Assembly (NCBI GenBank): GCA_018674175.1
Contig: JABHAT010000029.1
Coordinates: forward strand, 57,761-121,760
Length of the DNA stretch: 64,000 nucleotides
Direction: 5' to 3'
From: Gammaproteobacteria bacterium
Lineage (GTDB): Bacteria; Pseudomonadota; Gammaproteobacteria; Poriferisulfidales; GCA-002705445
The first letter of the stretch is position 1. Each line of letters opens with the position of its first letter. The notes below the pieces were generated by a model. It did not search any database. It saw only the letters and a program-made list of their open reading frames with translations, and was not told the origin of the DNA. Below are positions 1-9,744 of this stretch, in pieces. A program made the position numbers and the translations under genes.

Positions 1-327
1 TTATATTTTATGTTTAATGAATTTGGCGCTAAGTTTGTTTCAATAAAATTAGATGATAAAAATATACTTGATTTTTTAAATAGATTAGACGCTTTTAGAA
101 GACCTGAAAGGCTAAATATTTTTTTAAATCAGATGCAACATTTTTTTAATTTTCATAAAATAAATGAAAAAGAAAAAATTAATATATTTACAGATTTGCA
201 CGAAATAATAAAAGAAAAAATTGAGTATGGTGATTTGTCATCAATTAGTGTTGAGGAAATAAAAAAGAGGGTAGAGAGTATTAATATTAATATTATTAAT
301 TTAGTGTTAAGTAAAAAAAGTAAGTAA
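1..327 (+). CDS. cca: CCA-adding enzyme (tRNA nucleotidyltransferase), C-terminal part; gene begins upstream of the window
   Basis: Frame is open from base 1; LDAFRRPERL motif typical of the gammaproteobacterial Cca C-terminus; cca usually neighbours uppP/folB. Confidence 0.7.
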   Translation, partial: LYFMFNEFGAKFVSIKLDDKNILDFLNRLDAFRRPERLNIFLNQMQHFFNFHKINEKEKINIFTDLHEIIKEKIEYGDLSSISVEEIKKRVESININIINLVLSKKSK

Positions 328-1101
328 AAATAAGCCTAAAAATATTCTGTATATCATAAATGGATAGAATCCTATTTTATTTATATACGATATGAAATAT
401 TTAATCACAGCATATGAAATTAAAAAAGATATTATTATTGAAATTAATATTTTTAAAATTGTGTAGTAATCCAGAATATGGTAATTAATAGAGTATATTT
501 CATATAACATTGCTAACAGTATAACTGGGAAAGATAGAACAAGAGCAATTATAACTGTACTTTTTTTATTGTAACCAAGAAGCAGAGCCCCTAATATTAT
601 AATTGCAGATCTTGATGTTCCAGGTACTAGTGCTAAAGCTTGGAAGAGACCAATAAATAACATGTCATAATTACTTATATCTATAATATTTTTTTCTGGC
701 CTTTTAAGAACAAAATCTCTTAGGAGCTCAGTTAATATAAAAAGAAGTGCTATCAATAATGTAGATATTGCTATAACTTCTATAGACCTTAAATTTGTAG
801 TTATATAATCATGATACAAGAATCCAAAAATTAATACTGGCATAGAACCTATAAATAATTTTCCTATTCCAATATGATGTTTCGATGATTTGGAATCTTT
901 GAAATATTGATTATTTAATATAAAGTAGAAGATAACTGCTAATAAAGAACCAAAATGCATTGAAACGTCAATAAGAATATTCTGATCAATCCAACCAAAT
1001 AATTTTGGAATTAAAATTAAATGAGCAGAGCTAGAAATAGGAAGAAACTCAGTAATTCCCTGAATTATTGACAAGAATATTACTTGAAATAAATCATTCA
1101 T
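307..1101 (-). CDS. uppP: Undecaprenyl-diphosphate phosphatase
   Basis: IQGITEFLPISSSAH and LVPGTSRS motifs; multi-TM protein. Confidence 0.95.
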   Translation of the reverse strand: MNDLFQVIFLSIIQGITEFLPISSSAHLILIPKLFGWIDQNILIDVSMHFGSLLAVIFYFILNNQYFKDSKSSKHHIGIGKLFIGSMPVLIFGFLYHDYITTNLRSIEVIAISTLLIALLFILTELLRDFVLKRPEKNIIDISNYDMLFIGLFQALALVPGTSRSAIIILGALLLGYNKKSTVIIALVLSFPVILLAMLYEIYSINYHILDYYTILKILISIIISFLISYAVIKYFISYINKIGFYPFMIYRIFLGLFLLTFFT

Positions 1102-2201
1102 AACTTGTGCCTAAAATCTTTAAAAGGCATTTTGAAATTACCATCATCATCATCACACAATATCATCATTTTAAAATTTTCTCCCATATCCGAAGGTAAT
1201 AGCAAAGTTTTTAGAATATTATTTTTTTTATTTGAATCATTTATTTTTAAAGAATTCTCCAAGATATTTGTATTAAGAAGAAATTCGGTTTGAGTTGTGT
1301 AAGAAACTAATTGCAAATTATTCAAATTAGAAATTCTATTAACTCTAGAAAAATCAACACTTGTAGAAATATCAAAATTACCTTGGTCAGTAAGTGGATC
1401 AGATATTTTTTTGTGATTCTTATAGAATTGGATAGTTCCTTTTGTTCTTTCTGGATGATAAAATTCTTTTTCGTTATATCCGTAGTCAATGATTAAAAAA
1501 ATAAAGTTTTTTACCCCGCTAATTGAATCAGAAAGAAATTTTTTATATAAAGTATTTATCTCAAAAATATAATTGTTAGGTATACTTGATCCTATCCTCA
1601 ATTCAATATTTTTAATTTTTTTCTGCAGGTGGTCACTACAATCTATTTTAGAAAAGTAAAGTTTATTATTTTTAGATTTTATTACTTTCTCATAAAAAAT
1701 ATTATTTTCTCTAAATAATATTTTTGATGGTATTGCATCTAAGACCTCATTTGCTAATAAAAAAACATTTTCAATATTTTTTACCTCATCTATCCACTCA
1801 ACTATATCTTTGTATTTTTCCGGGAGTAATTTAATTTTTTTTTCTTGCTGCTTCCTTAAATAAATACTTTTTTCTAAAATGTAGTATTTTTTTGGAATAT
1901 CATTATCCTTAATATTTTTTAGGAAGTTATACGCCATTTCTCCGCTGCCCGCACCAAATTCCAAAATATTGTCAATTTTTTTATATTTTTTACATTGCAG
2001 GTAAAAATTTATAATAGACTCTGTATATATAGATGATAATTCTGGAGCAGTTATAAAGTCAGAATTTTTTTGGTCAAAACTAATATGTTTATTATTATAA
2101 TACCCAAGATGTGATTCATACAAACAAATGTCCGTATAGCAATCAAAAGTTAAATAACCATCTTGTTTAGCTTTTGCATGTATTTTCTTTAATAATTCCA
2201 C
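1098..2201 (-). CDS. SAM-dependent methyltransferase, MidA/NDUFAF7 family
   Basis: GYY...DFITAPELS, LEFGAGSG, ANEVLDAIP, IDYG and MGENFK motifs. Confidence 0.9.
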   Translation of the reverse strand: MELLKKIHAKAKQDGYLTFDCYTDICLYESHLGYYNNKHISFDQKNSDFITAPELSSIYTESIINFYLQCKKYKKIDNILEFGAGSGEMAYNFLKNIKDNDIPKKYYILEKSIYLRKQQEKKIKLLPEKYKDIVEWIDEVKNIENVFLLANEVLDAIPSKILFRENNIFYEKVIKSKNNKLYFSKIDCSDHLQKKIKNIELRIGSSIPNNYIFEINTLYKKFLSDSISGVKNFIFLIIDYGYNEKEFYHPERTKGTIQFYKNHKKISDPLTDQGNFDISTSVDFSRVNRISNLNNLQLVSYTTQTEFLLNTNILENSLKINDSNKKNNILKTLLLPSDMGENFKMMILCDDDDGNFKMPFKDFRHKL

Positions 2202-2260
2202 GTAGTACCCTATATTTTGTTTATTAACAGAATAGCTTAATTATCAAGTATAATGTTTTT

Positions 2261-3004
2261 ATGAATCAAAAAAATACAAAAATTGTCCTAATTACTGGAG
2301 CCGGAAAAAGACTTGGAGAAGCAACAGCTTTAAAGCTTCATTCTTTGGGAATGGATGTAATTATTCATTATAATAGCTCTGAAAAGGCGGCAAAAAAATT
2401 GGTATCTAATATGAACGATGTTAGAAAAAACTCGGCAATATCAATTAAGTTAAATTTAAGAGATTTTACAAGCTATGAAAAAGAATTTTCCAAATTAGAT
2501 GAAAAATGGTCAAGTATTGATGTTCTGATAAATAATGCTTCTACTTTTTATCCAACAAATATTCAGAATACAACATTTGAAAATTGGGATGATTTACATG
2601 ATGTTAATCTTAAAGCGCCTTTTTTTATCTCTAAATTTTTTTATAAATCTTTAAAAAATAATAAAGGTTGTATAATAAATATTGTTGATATTCATGCAGA
2701 TCGACCACTTGATGAATTTTCAATTTATTCTATGGCAAAAGCTGGTTTAAAAATGCTTACTAAATCATTGGCATTAGAATTCGGCCCCGAAATAAGAGTT
2801 AATGGTGTTTCTCCAGGTTCCGTAATGTGGCCAGAAAATAAAGAGTATGAAAGTAAGCAACAAGAAATTATTGAGAGTACTGCACTTAAAAGACAAGGTG
2901 ATAGACAAGATATAGCTTTAACATGCGCATTTTTAATTAATGATGCGAATTATATTACAGGCCAAATAATTAACGTGGATGGAGGCAGGAGTTTAAGCAG
3001 GTAA
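2261..3004 (+). CDS. Pteridine reductase (FolM/PTR1-like SDR)
   Basis: TGAGKRLG, NNAS, YSMAK (YxxxK), ITGQIINVDGG; next to folB. Confidence 0.9.
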   Translation: MNQKNTKIVLITGAGKRLGEATALKLHSLGMDVIIHYNSSEKAAKKLVSNMNDVRKNSAISIKLNLRDFTSYEKEFSKLDEKWSSIDVLINNASTFYPTNIQNTTFENWDDLHDVNLKAPFFISKFFYKSLKNNKGCIINIVDIHADRPLDEFSIYSMAKAGLKMLTKSLALEFGPEIRVNGVSPGSVMWPENKEYESKQQEIIESTALKRQGDRQDIALTCAFLINDANYITGQIINVDGGRSLSR

Positions 3005-3361
3005 CTAATTACTTCTTGTTATAGTTATTCCAACATCTTCAGAGCCGCGAATAGCACCAGGTTTACTTATTGAAAGAGTAATATATTCAACTTTAAATTC
3101 GACCAAGACGAGATTTGCAATATTTTCAATAAGTGTCTCTATAAGTTCGTGTTTATTATCACTAACATAATCCTTAATACAGTTTGAAAGAGCTTTATAG
3201 TCTAAAGAGTGATTTACATCATCAGTTTTAGCAGCCTTCGAAATATCAAAACCAACCTCTAAATCTATTCTTATAATTTGCTCTATTTGTTTTTCCCACT
3301 CAAATAGCCCAATTCTGGTCAACAAACGTAAGTTTTTTAAGAAAATTTTATCCATATGCAT
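3005..3361 (-). CDS. folB: Dihydroneopterin aldolase
   Basis: MDKIF...IGLFEWEK...LDY...LIETL...SKPGA. Confidence 0.95.
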   Translation of the reverse strand: MHMDKIFLKNLRLLTRIGLFEWEKQIEQIIRIDLEVGFDISKAAKTDDVNHSLDYKALSNCIKDYVSDNKHELIETLIENIANLVLVEFKVEYITLSISKPGAIRGSEDVGITITRSN

Positions 3362-3448
3362 GCGATTATAGTGTATTATTGCATTTAATGTTGTGTAGAT
3401 AGCAAATATTTGTTATCTTTTTTCTTTTTTAAAAGGTTTGGGTTTAAT

Positions 3449-3673
3449 ATGTCAAGAATATGCGAAGTAACTGGTAAGAAGCCAATGTCGGGAAATAACG
3501 TTTCTCATGCAAAAAATAGAACAAGGAGAAGATTTTTGCCAAATCTACAAATGCATAGATTTTGGGTAGAAGCTCAAAATAGATGGATTTCATTAAGAAT
3601 TTCAAGAAAAGGATTGAGAATTATTGAGAAAAAAGGTATCGAAACAGTACTTAAGGATATTAAGAAAATATGA
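3449..3673 (+). CDS. rpmB: 50S ribosomal protein L28
   Basis: [33 protein letters not shown]; start moved to ATG 3449. Confidence 0.97.
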   Translation: MSRICEVTGKKPMSGNNVSHAKNRTRRRFLPNLQMHRFWVEAQNRWISLRISRKGLRIIEKKGIETVLKDIKKI

Positions 3674-3825
3674 GAGAAAAAATAAAATTAGTGTCATCTG
3701 CAAAAACAGGACATTATTATACAACTACTAAAAATAAGAAAAATACACCTGATAAAATAGAAATTAAGAAATTTGACCCAGTTGTAAGAAAACACGTTAC
3801 TTACAAAGAATCAAAAATAAAATAA
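3670..3825 (+). CDS. rpmG: 50S ribosomal protein L33 (not in ORF track)
   Basis: Manual translation [51 protein letters not shown]; ATGA overlap with the rpmB stop. Confidence 0.97.
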   Translation: MREKIKLVSSAKTGHYYTTTKNKKNTPDKIEIKKFDPVVRKHVTYKESKIK

Positions 3826-3828
3826 TTA

Positions 3829-4140
3829 TTATTCTGGAGCAGGACAAAAACATTGTCCTTTAGAATTCCAGGCACACCTTCCAGTTTCACCACCTTTGCT
3901 TTTCCACATGGCGCAACCAACACCTGTCGCTCTTGGTCCCAATGGATCAGCAACCTTAACAGCAATTTTATCTTTAATATTAACAGTTACATACTCAAAT
4001 TGAGATTCATTTTCATTTGTAATAACAGCTTCTACTTCTGCCTCTTCTTCATCAAAAGCCCAGTCTTTTAAATCACCAATTGTTGAGCAACCGGAAAGTA
4101 ATAAAAATATGATAAACGAAAAAATAACTTTAATATTCAT
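3829..4140 (-). CDS. Hypothetical lipoprotein with a 4-Cys C-terminal mini-domain
   Basis: Signal peptide with lipobox LLSG-C; AGGAG RBS upstream; C-terminus C-x12-C-x7-C-x-C. Confidence 0.7.
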   Translation of the reverse strand: MNIKVIFSFIIFLLLSGCSTIGDLKDWAFDEEEAEVEAVITNENESQFEYVTVNIKDKIAVKVADPLGPRATGVGCAMWKSKGGETGRCAWNSKGQCFCPAPE

Positions 4141-4297
4141 GTTATAAAACTCCTAATTTAATCCCATATGTTCAATTAATAAATTTTTACTATTATAACT
4201 TTATTTAATTTATAATGTACTTAAATTTTTTATATTTACAAAAATATAATAAATAATATAGCTAAATTAGCCTCAAAATCATATAAAGAGAACATCT

Positions 4298-5236
4298 GTG
4301 TCAATAAACATTTTTTTATCAGACAAATTACCAGAAGAAAGGAATAAGCTTTTAACAGCAATATCTTTTAATAAAAAGATAGATTACACAAACAATATAT
4401 TGTCAGTAGGAATGTCTGCAATTAATGGAAAAAATCTATATGAAATTTGGGAGGTTAAAGATAAGGTTGACCGAAGTACTTATAATAATATTGATGTATC
4501 AAGAAATAAGTATTGTCTATTTGGCTCAATTATAATTGATAATAAAGGCTCTTACGAAGAAATTAGATTAGAAATACAGAAAAAATACCTAGATTTTTTT
4601 AAAATATCAAATGAAAATGGTATGCGTATTGTTAAAATTTGGCATTATTTGCCAGAATTACTTAAAGCATACCCAGATAAAAAAACTAATTACTCTTTAC
4701 TGTGTGAATCTAGAGAAGAAATATATAGAAATTTTTATAAAAATTCAGATTATCCAGCTGCAACAGTCATTGGCATAGAGGGCAATAAAATTTTAATATA
4801 TTTTTTAGCAGCTTCTTGTGAAACTTACGAAGTTATAGAGAATGAAAGGCAAGTTAGTTCATATAACTACCCACAAAATATTTTTTCAGAAAAACCAATG
4901 TTTTCAAGAGCTGTAAGCTTCTCTTTTAAAGATAATATTCAAAAGAAAATAATGATATCTGGAACTGCAAGTATAAAGGGATATGAATCAGTTCATGAAT
5001 CAGACGTTGCTAAGCAACTTGACGAGGCATTAAAAAATTATAAAACCTTTGCTAAGCTAGAAAGTAATCCTTCAAATATATGTAGAGTCTATTTAACAAA
5101 ATATCAAACAGAAAATCTTTCAATTGTAACAAAGAAATTAGAAAATTTTTTTGGGACTAATCAATATATTTTATTACAAGGTGATATTTGCAGAAGTGAA
5201 CTATTAATAGAAATAGAGGGTGTATCAAATGCCTAA
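4298..5236 (+). CDS. Chorismatase, FkbO/Hyg5/XanB2 family
   Basis: YPAATVIG, IENERQVSSYNYP, PMFSRA, ISGTASIKG and GDICRSELLIEIEG motifs. Confidence 0.85.
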   Translation: MSINIFLSDKLPEERNKLLTAISFNKKIDYTNNILSVGMSAINGKNLYEIWEVKDKVDRSTYNNIDVSRNKYCLFGSIIIDNKGSYEEIRLEIQKKYLDFFKISNENGMRIVKIWHYLPELLKAYPDKKTNYSLLCESREEIYRNFYKNSDYPAATVIGIEGNKILIYFLAASCETYEVIENERQVSSYNYPQNIFSEKPMFSRAVSFSFKDNIQKKIMISGTASIKGYESVHESDVAKQLDEALKNYKTFAKLESNPSNICRVYLTKYQTENLSIVTKKLENFFGTNQYILLQGDICRSELLIEIEGVSNA

Positions 5237-5471
5237 TGTTATATATAGAATTAAAACTGATATAGCGATGTTTGAAATTAAAACTGAACCGCTAGGTCTT
5301 TGGGATCTTTGGATAAATTCTATGCCAACGTTGACTTTTTCTTCTCCTCAAGAAGCTGCTAATGCTGTTATTAATAAGAAAACCGGATATTCTATTTGGG
5401 ATAATCAAGAAAAAAAAATTAGTGATCATTTTAAAGAAATTAAAAATTGGGAAAAAATCTCTGAAAATTAA
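5229..5471 (+). CDS. Hypothetical protein (~80 aa)
   Basis: ATG overlaps the 3' end of the chorismatase; protein-like composition with SPQEAA...TGYSIWD. Confidence 0.65.
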   Translation: MPNVIYRIKTDIAMFEIKTEPLGLWDLWINSMPTLTFSSPQEAANAVINKKTGYSIWDNQEKKISDHFKEIKNWEKISEN

Positions 5472-5490
5472 AAAACAGGTATAAGCGTTT

Positions 5491-6030
5491 ATGACTAAAC
5501 TTATTGGGTTGAATAAACCATTTGGTATTATTTGCCAATTTAGTGGAGATAGTAATACGTTGTCAGATTATGTTGATGTACCAAACGTTTACCCAGTTGG
5601 TAGGCTCGATAAAGATTCCGAAGGATTAGTAATTCTTACAGATGATGGAAAGTTGCAAAATTTAATATCTAATCCAAAATATAGCAAAATGAAAACTTAT
5701 ATTGTTCAGGTTGAAGGAAAAATAAGTAAGGCAGCTATTACATGTCTTCAAAAAGGTGTGCATCTTAAAGATGGAAATACCAAGCCTGCAATTGTGAAAA
5801 TAATACCAAAACCAATTTGGATATGGGAAAGAACTCCCCCAATTAGGATGAGAAAAAATATCCCTACTTCTTGGATTGAAATTTCAATTAGTGAAGGAAA
5901 AAATCGCCAGGTAAGGAGAATGACGGCAAACGTTGGATTTCCTACTCTAAGACTAGTTAGAACAAAAATTGATCAATGGGACCTAAAAGGTATTAAGCCA
6001 GGATCTTATGTTACGCTTTCACAGGGATAA
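5491..6030 (+). CDS. rluE: rRNA pseudouridine synthase, RluE/RsuA family
   Basis: NKPFG..CQF, VGRLDKDSEGL, EGKNRQVRRMTA..GFPTLRL. Confidence 0.9.
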   Translation: MTKLIGLNKPFGIICQFSGDSNTLSDYVDVPNVYPVGRLDKDSEGLVILTDDGKLQNLISNPKYSKMKTYIVQVEGKISKAAITCLQKGVHLKDGNTKPAIVKIIPKPIWIWERTPPIRMRKNIPTSWIEISISEGKNRQVRRMTANVGFPTLRLVRTKIDQWDLKGIKPGSYVTLSQG

Positions 6031-6085
6031 TATAAATTTTTTTTTAAGTATATAAATGTAATCATATTTGAATACATATTTTCTT

Positions 6086-7102
6086 CTATTTATTCTCCAT
6101 TTCTAGATTATATTTTCCAGAAGCAGCTAGACTATTTAGATAGGCTCTATTCCCAATAATCTTTTGAGCTTCAGAATTATTTTTATTGTCTCCTCTCCAT
6201 TTTTTCATAGCTTCTAATTGAAGAGCTCTACCGTAAGAAAATGTTATTTTCCAGGGGTTGGTATTAATTTTATTGATGCAACTTAAATTATTAGAAGCAC
6301 TTTTATCTGACTGTCCGCCTGATAAAAAAGCTATACCTGGAACATCTTTTGGTACATTATTTTCTAAAGATTTTATTGTTAGTTCTGAGATTTCTTCTGC
6401 GCTGGATTGAGTTTTACAGTTTGATCCAGAGGTAACCATATTTGGTTTTAATATAATTCCAGAAAAATTAACATTAAGTTTATCTAAGGCTTCAAATAAA
6501 ATAGATTGTGTTATATTTGTGACTTCAAAGCATTTATTGATATCATGAGATCCATCCATCAATACTTCTGGTTCAACTATTGGAACAATATCAACGGCTT
6601 GACAGATACTAGCGTATCTTGCCAAAGCATGTGCATTAGCAACCATACATGCGCTAGAAGGAATATCTTCACCTATGGTAATTACTGCACGCCATTTAGC
6701 AAATTTTGCACCTAAATTGCTATATTCATCCATTCTTTGTGGCAAATTATCCAGACCTTCAGTTATTTTTTCATTCTTATGGCATGAAAATGGTTTTGCT
6801 CCTGTATCAACTTTAATTCCTGGAATTATTCCGATTTCATTTAAGTATTTTGGGAAAGATTTTCCTTCTGTAGTTTTTTGTCTAATTGTTTCATCAAATA
6901 ATATAGCACCAGATATGTAATTTGATAGCGAATTAGTCTTTAACAACATATCTCTATAAGATCTTCTATTTTCTTCATTAACCTCAATACCAAGAGAATC
7001 AAATCTTTTCTGTATTGTTCCATGGCTTTCATCTAGAGCTAATATTCCTTTAGAACTTGCTACCATCTGGATTGCAGTTTGATTTAGTATTTTTATATCC
7101 AT
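6086..7102 (-). CDS. Fructose-bisphosphate aldolase, class I (eukaryote-like)
   Basis: GILALDES, FAKWRAV, VPIVEPEV, LKPNMV (Schiff-base Lys), FLSGGQ, FSYGRALQ. Confidence 0.95.
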   Translation of the reverse strand: MDIKILNQTAIQMVASSKGILALDESHGTIQKRFDSLGIEVNEENRRSYRDMLLKTNSLSNYISGAILFDETIRQKTTEGKSFPKYLNEIGIIPGIKVDTGAKPFSCHKNEKITEGLDNLPQRMDEYSNLGAKFAKWRAVITIGEDIPSSACMVANAHALARYASICQAVDIVPIVEPEVLMDGSHDINKCFEVTNITQSILFEALDKLNVNFSGIILKPNMVTSGSNCKTQSSAEEISELTIKSLENNVPKDVPGIAFLSGGQSDKSASNNLSCINKINTNPWKITFSYGRALQLEAMKKWRGDNKNNSEAQKIIGNRAYLNSLAASGKYNLEMENK

Positions 7103-7120
7103 CTTATCCTCCTTATATTA

Positions 7121-8584
7121 TTAGTTCTCTGCTAAATGACCAACTTTTACAACTTTAATAGCATTAGTTCCACCTTCTTTTCCAGCAAGATCTCCTTTTG
7201 TTATTATTACCAAATCATTTTCTTTAGCAACATTAAGGTTAGTTAAAACATTCACTGCGTCTTTGTTAACTGTCGCATGATTTGTATCTATAGTTTTTAT
7301 TCTAGCTGGGTACACACCTCTATATAGAGTAATTTTTCTTAAAGTTCCTGTATGAGTTGTTAAGGCAAATATTGGCACACTATGATTGATTCTAGACATC
7401 CATAATGCTGTAGATCCAGATTCAGTTATTGCGGCAATCGCAACTGCATTTAAATTGTCAGCGGTAAGCATGCACGCCATAGCAATCGCTCTATCAACTT
7501 TTTTATTACTTAATGTAGAGTAATTTGTTTCTTTGCTAGTAATTGGACTTTGCCCCTCAGAACCTTCGCAAATTCTACTCATAGCCTCTACTGCCTCCAC
7601 TGGATGATCTCCCATTGCAGTCTCACTAGAGAGCATCACAGCATCAGTTCCATCTATTACTGCATTTGCAACATCAAAAACTTCTGCTCTTGTTGGTATT
7701 GAGTTTGTAATCATAGACTCCATCATTTGTGTTGCAGTAATAACAACCGTATCTTTTTCCCTAGCTTTCTTTATAAGATTTTTCTGAACGGAAGGTAATT
7801 GTGCATCTCCAATCTCTACTCCAAGATCTCCTCTTGCAATCATAATCGCATCTGAGGCCTCGATAATCTCGTCAATATTTTCTAAGGCTTCAGCCCTTTC
7901 AATCTTTGCAATTATACCGCCATGATTCCCAGCTTCTTTAAGTAATTTTCTAGCAAGCTCTACGTCTTTGGCTTCTCTTGCAAATGATACTGCTAAGTAA
8001 TCAACACCTATTTCTGCAGCAACTTTTATGTCATTTAAATCTTTGTCACTTATTGCAGAAGCAGAAAGACCTCCACCTTTCCTATTTAAACCTTTAGAGT
8101 CATATAAAAGTCCACCATGAATAACTTTTGAAATAATTTTTGAATTAGATATTTTTTCTACTTTTAATTCTATCCTTCCATCATCTAATAGAAGAATATC
8201 GTCAACATTTAATTGCTTTGCAAGATTATCGTATGTTGTGCCAACTATATCTTTTGTGCCTTTATCAAAAGGATGTTTGTCATCTATAGTGAATATATCA
8301 CCATTTTTTAAATCAATTTTTGAGTCTATGAATCTAGTAATTCTTATTTTTGGACCTTGTAAGTCTCCGACAATACCGACATGGTAATGTTTCTCTGCTG
8401 CAATTTTTCTTACTAGTTTAGCTCTTTCAATATGTGATTTTTTATCACCATGTGAAAAATTTAATCTTACTAAATCTACCCCAGCGTTAATTAAACCCTC
8501 AATTGATTCTCTTGAAGATGTTGAGGGGCCTAATGTGGCAATAATTTTTGTTTGTCTATATATTTGATCGTTAATTGCTGTCAT
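7121..8584 (-). CDS. pyk: Pyruvate kinase
   Basis: TKIIATLGP, RLNFSHG, DLQGPKIR, IAKIE, ARGDLGVE, ATQMMESM. Confidence 0.97.
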   Translation of the reverse strand: MTAINDQIYRQTKIIATLGPSTSSRESIEGLINAGVDLVRLNFSHGDKKSHIERAKLVRKIAAEKHYHVGIVGDLQGPKIRITRFIDSKIDLKNGDIFTIDDKHPFDKGTKDIVGTTYDNLAKQLNVDDILLLDDGRIELKVEKISNSKIISKVIHGGLLYDSKGLNRKGGGLSASAISDKDLNDIKVAAEIGVDYLAVSFAREAKDVELARKLLKEAGNHGGIIAKIERAEALENIDEIIEASDAIMIARGDLGVEIGDAQLPSVQKNLIKKAREKDTVVITATQMMESMITNSIPTRAEVFDVANAVIDGTDAVMLSSETAMGDHPVEAVEAMSRICEGSEGQSPITSKETNYSTLSNKKVDRAIAMACMLTADNLNAVAIAAITESGSTALWMSRINHSVPIFALTTHTGTLRKITLYRGVYPARIKTIDTNHATVNKDAVNVLTNLNVAKENDLVIITKGDLAGKEGGTNAIKVVKVGHLAEN

Positions 8585-9744
8585 AATTTTTTAATAATTT
8601 TTATTCCTGGTAATTCGTTTCCTTCTAGAAATTCTAAAAAGGCCCCACCCCCAGTTGATATATAGTCTAGGTCTTCAATATTTATAAACTTCTCAATAGC
8701 TGAAATTGTATCTCCACCCCCAGCAATTGTTAAAGCTTTAGCATCTTTTATGGAGCAAGCTATATCTTTTGTTCCATTTTCAAACAATGCGTCTTCAAAC
8801 ACTCCAACTGGACCATTCCATAGTATTGTACCAGCTTCTTTGATAAATTTTTTATATATCGTAGAAGTTTTTGGCCCAATATCTTTTATCATTTCCTCAT
8901 CAGTTATTTCATTAGTATTTTTAATAAATGAGTTGTTAGAACTTTCGCACACAACATCTTTAGGCAAAGGTATGGAAACATTTTTTTCCTTAGCTATATT
9001 AATAATTTTTTTAGCGTCTATTACCATATCAGCTTCAACCAATGATTTTCCTATAGAGTAACCAGAACTTAATAAAAATGTATTTGCAATACCACCACCT
9101 ATAATTATTGCATCAACTTTAGTAATTAATTTTTTTAAAATATTTAACTTGGTAGATATTTTAGAGCCACCAATTATTGCTAGAACAGGTTTTTTTGGAT
9201 CTTTAAAAATTTTTTCAATGTTTAGTATTTCATTCATTAAAAGAAGACCGCCACAAGTTATAGGAGCATATTTTGATATAGTAAATGTGGAAGAATGTTT
9301 TCTATGAGAAGAGCCAAACGCATCCATTACAAATACATCGCAGTTTTTCGCTATTTTTTCTGCTAGCTTACTATCGCCAGATTTTTCCCCGTTAAGGAAT
9401 CTAGTATTTTCGTAAAGAGTTATATTATTTTTATATTCTGGAGATTTTACATCCAAAGGTTTATCTTCAAAAAAAACTTCCATTTTTAGAATTTCTGACA
9501 ATCTTCTGGCAACTAAACGTAAACTAAATTTTTCGTTAAATTCACCTTCTTTTGGTCTACCGAAATGTGAAATTATTGCTAACTTAGCTCCTTTTGATAA
9601 AGCATATTTTATAGTAGGTATTGCAGCTCTAATTCTAGCATCATTTATTATCTTTCCATTTTCTAAAGGTACATTTAGATCCTCTCGGATCAATATATTT
9701 TTACCCGCAATATCAATATTAACTAATTCATTATAATCGGACAT
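8581..9744 (-). CDS. pgk: Phosphoglycerate kinase
   Basis: REDLNVP, SHFGRP, WNGPVGVFE, GGGDT, STGGGAFLEFLEG. Confidence 0.97.
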   Translation of the reverse strand: MSDYNELVNIDIAGKNILIREDLNVPLENGKIINDARIRAAIPTIKYALSKGAKLAIISHFGRPKEGEFNEKFSLRLVARRLSEILKMEVFFEDKPLDVKSPEYKNNITLYENTRFLNGEKSGDSKLAEKIAKNCDVFVMDAFGSSHRKHSSTFTISKYAPITCGGLLLMNEILNIEKIFKDPKKPVLAIIGGSKISTKLNILKKLITKVDAIIIGGGIANTFLLSSGYSIGKSLVEADMVIDAKKIINIAKEKNVSIPLPKDVVCESSNNSFIKNTNEITDEEMIKDIGPKTSTIYKKFIKEAGTILWNGPVGVFEDALFENGTKDIACSIKDAKALTIAGGGDTISAIEKFINIEDLDYISTGGGAFLEFLEGNELPGIKIIKKL

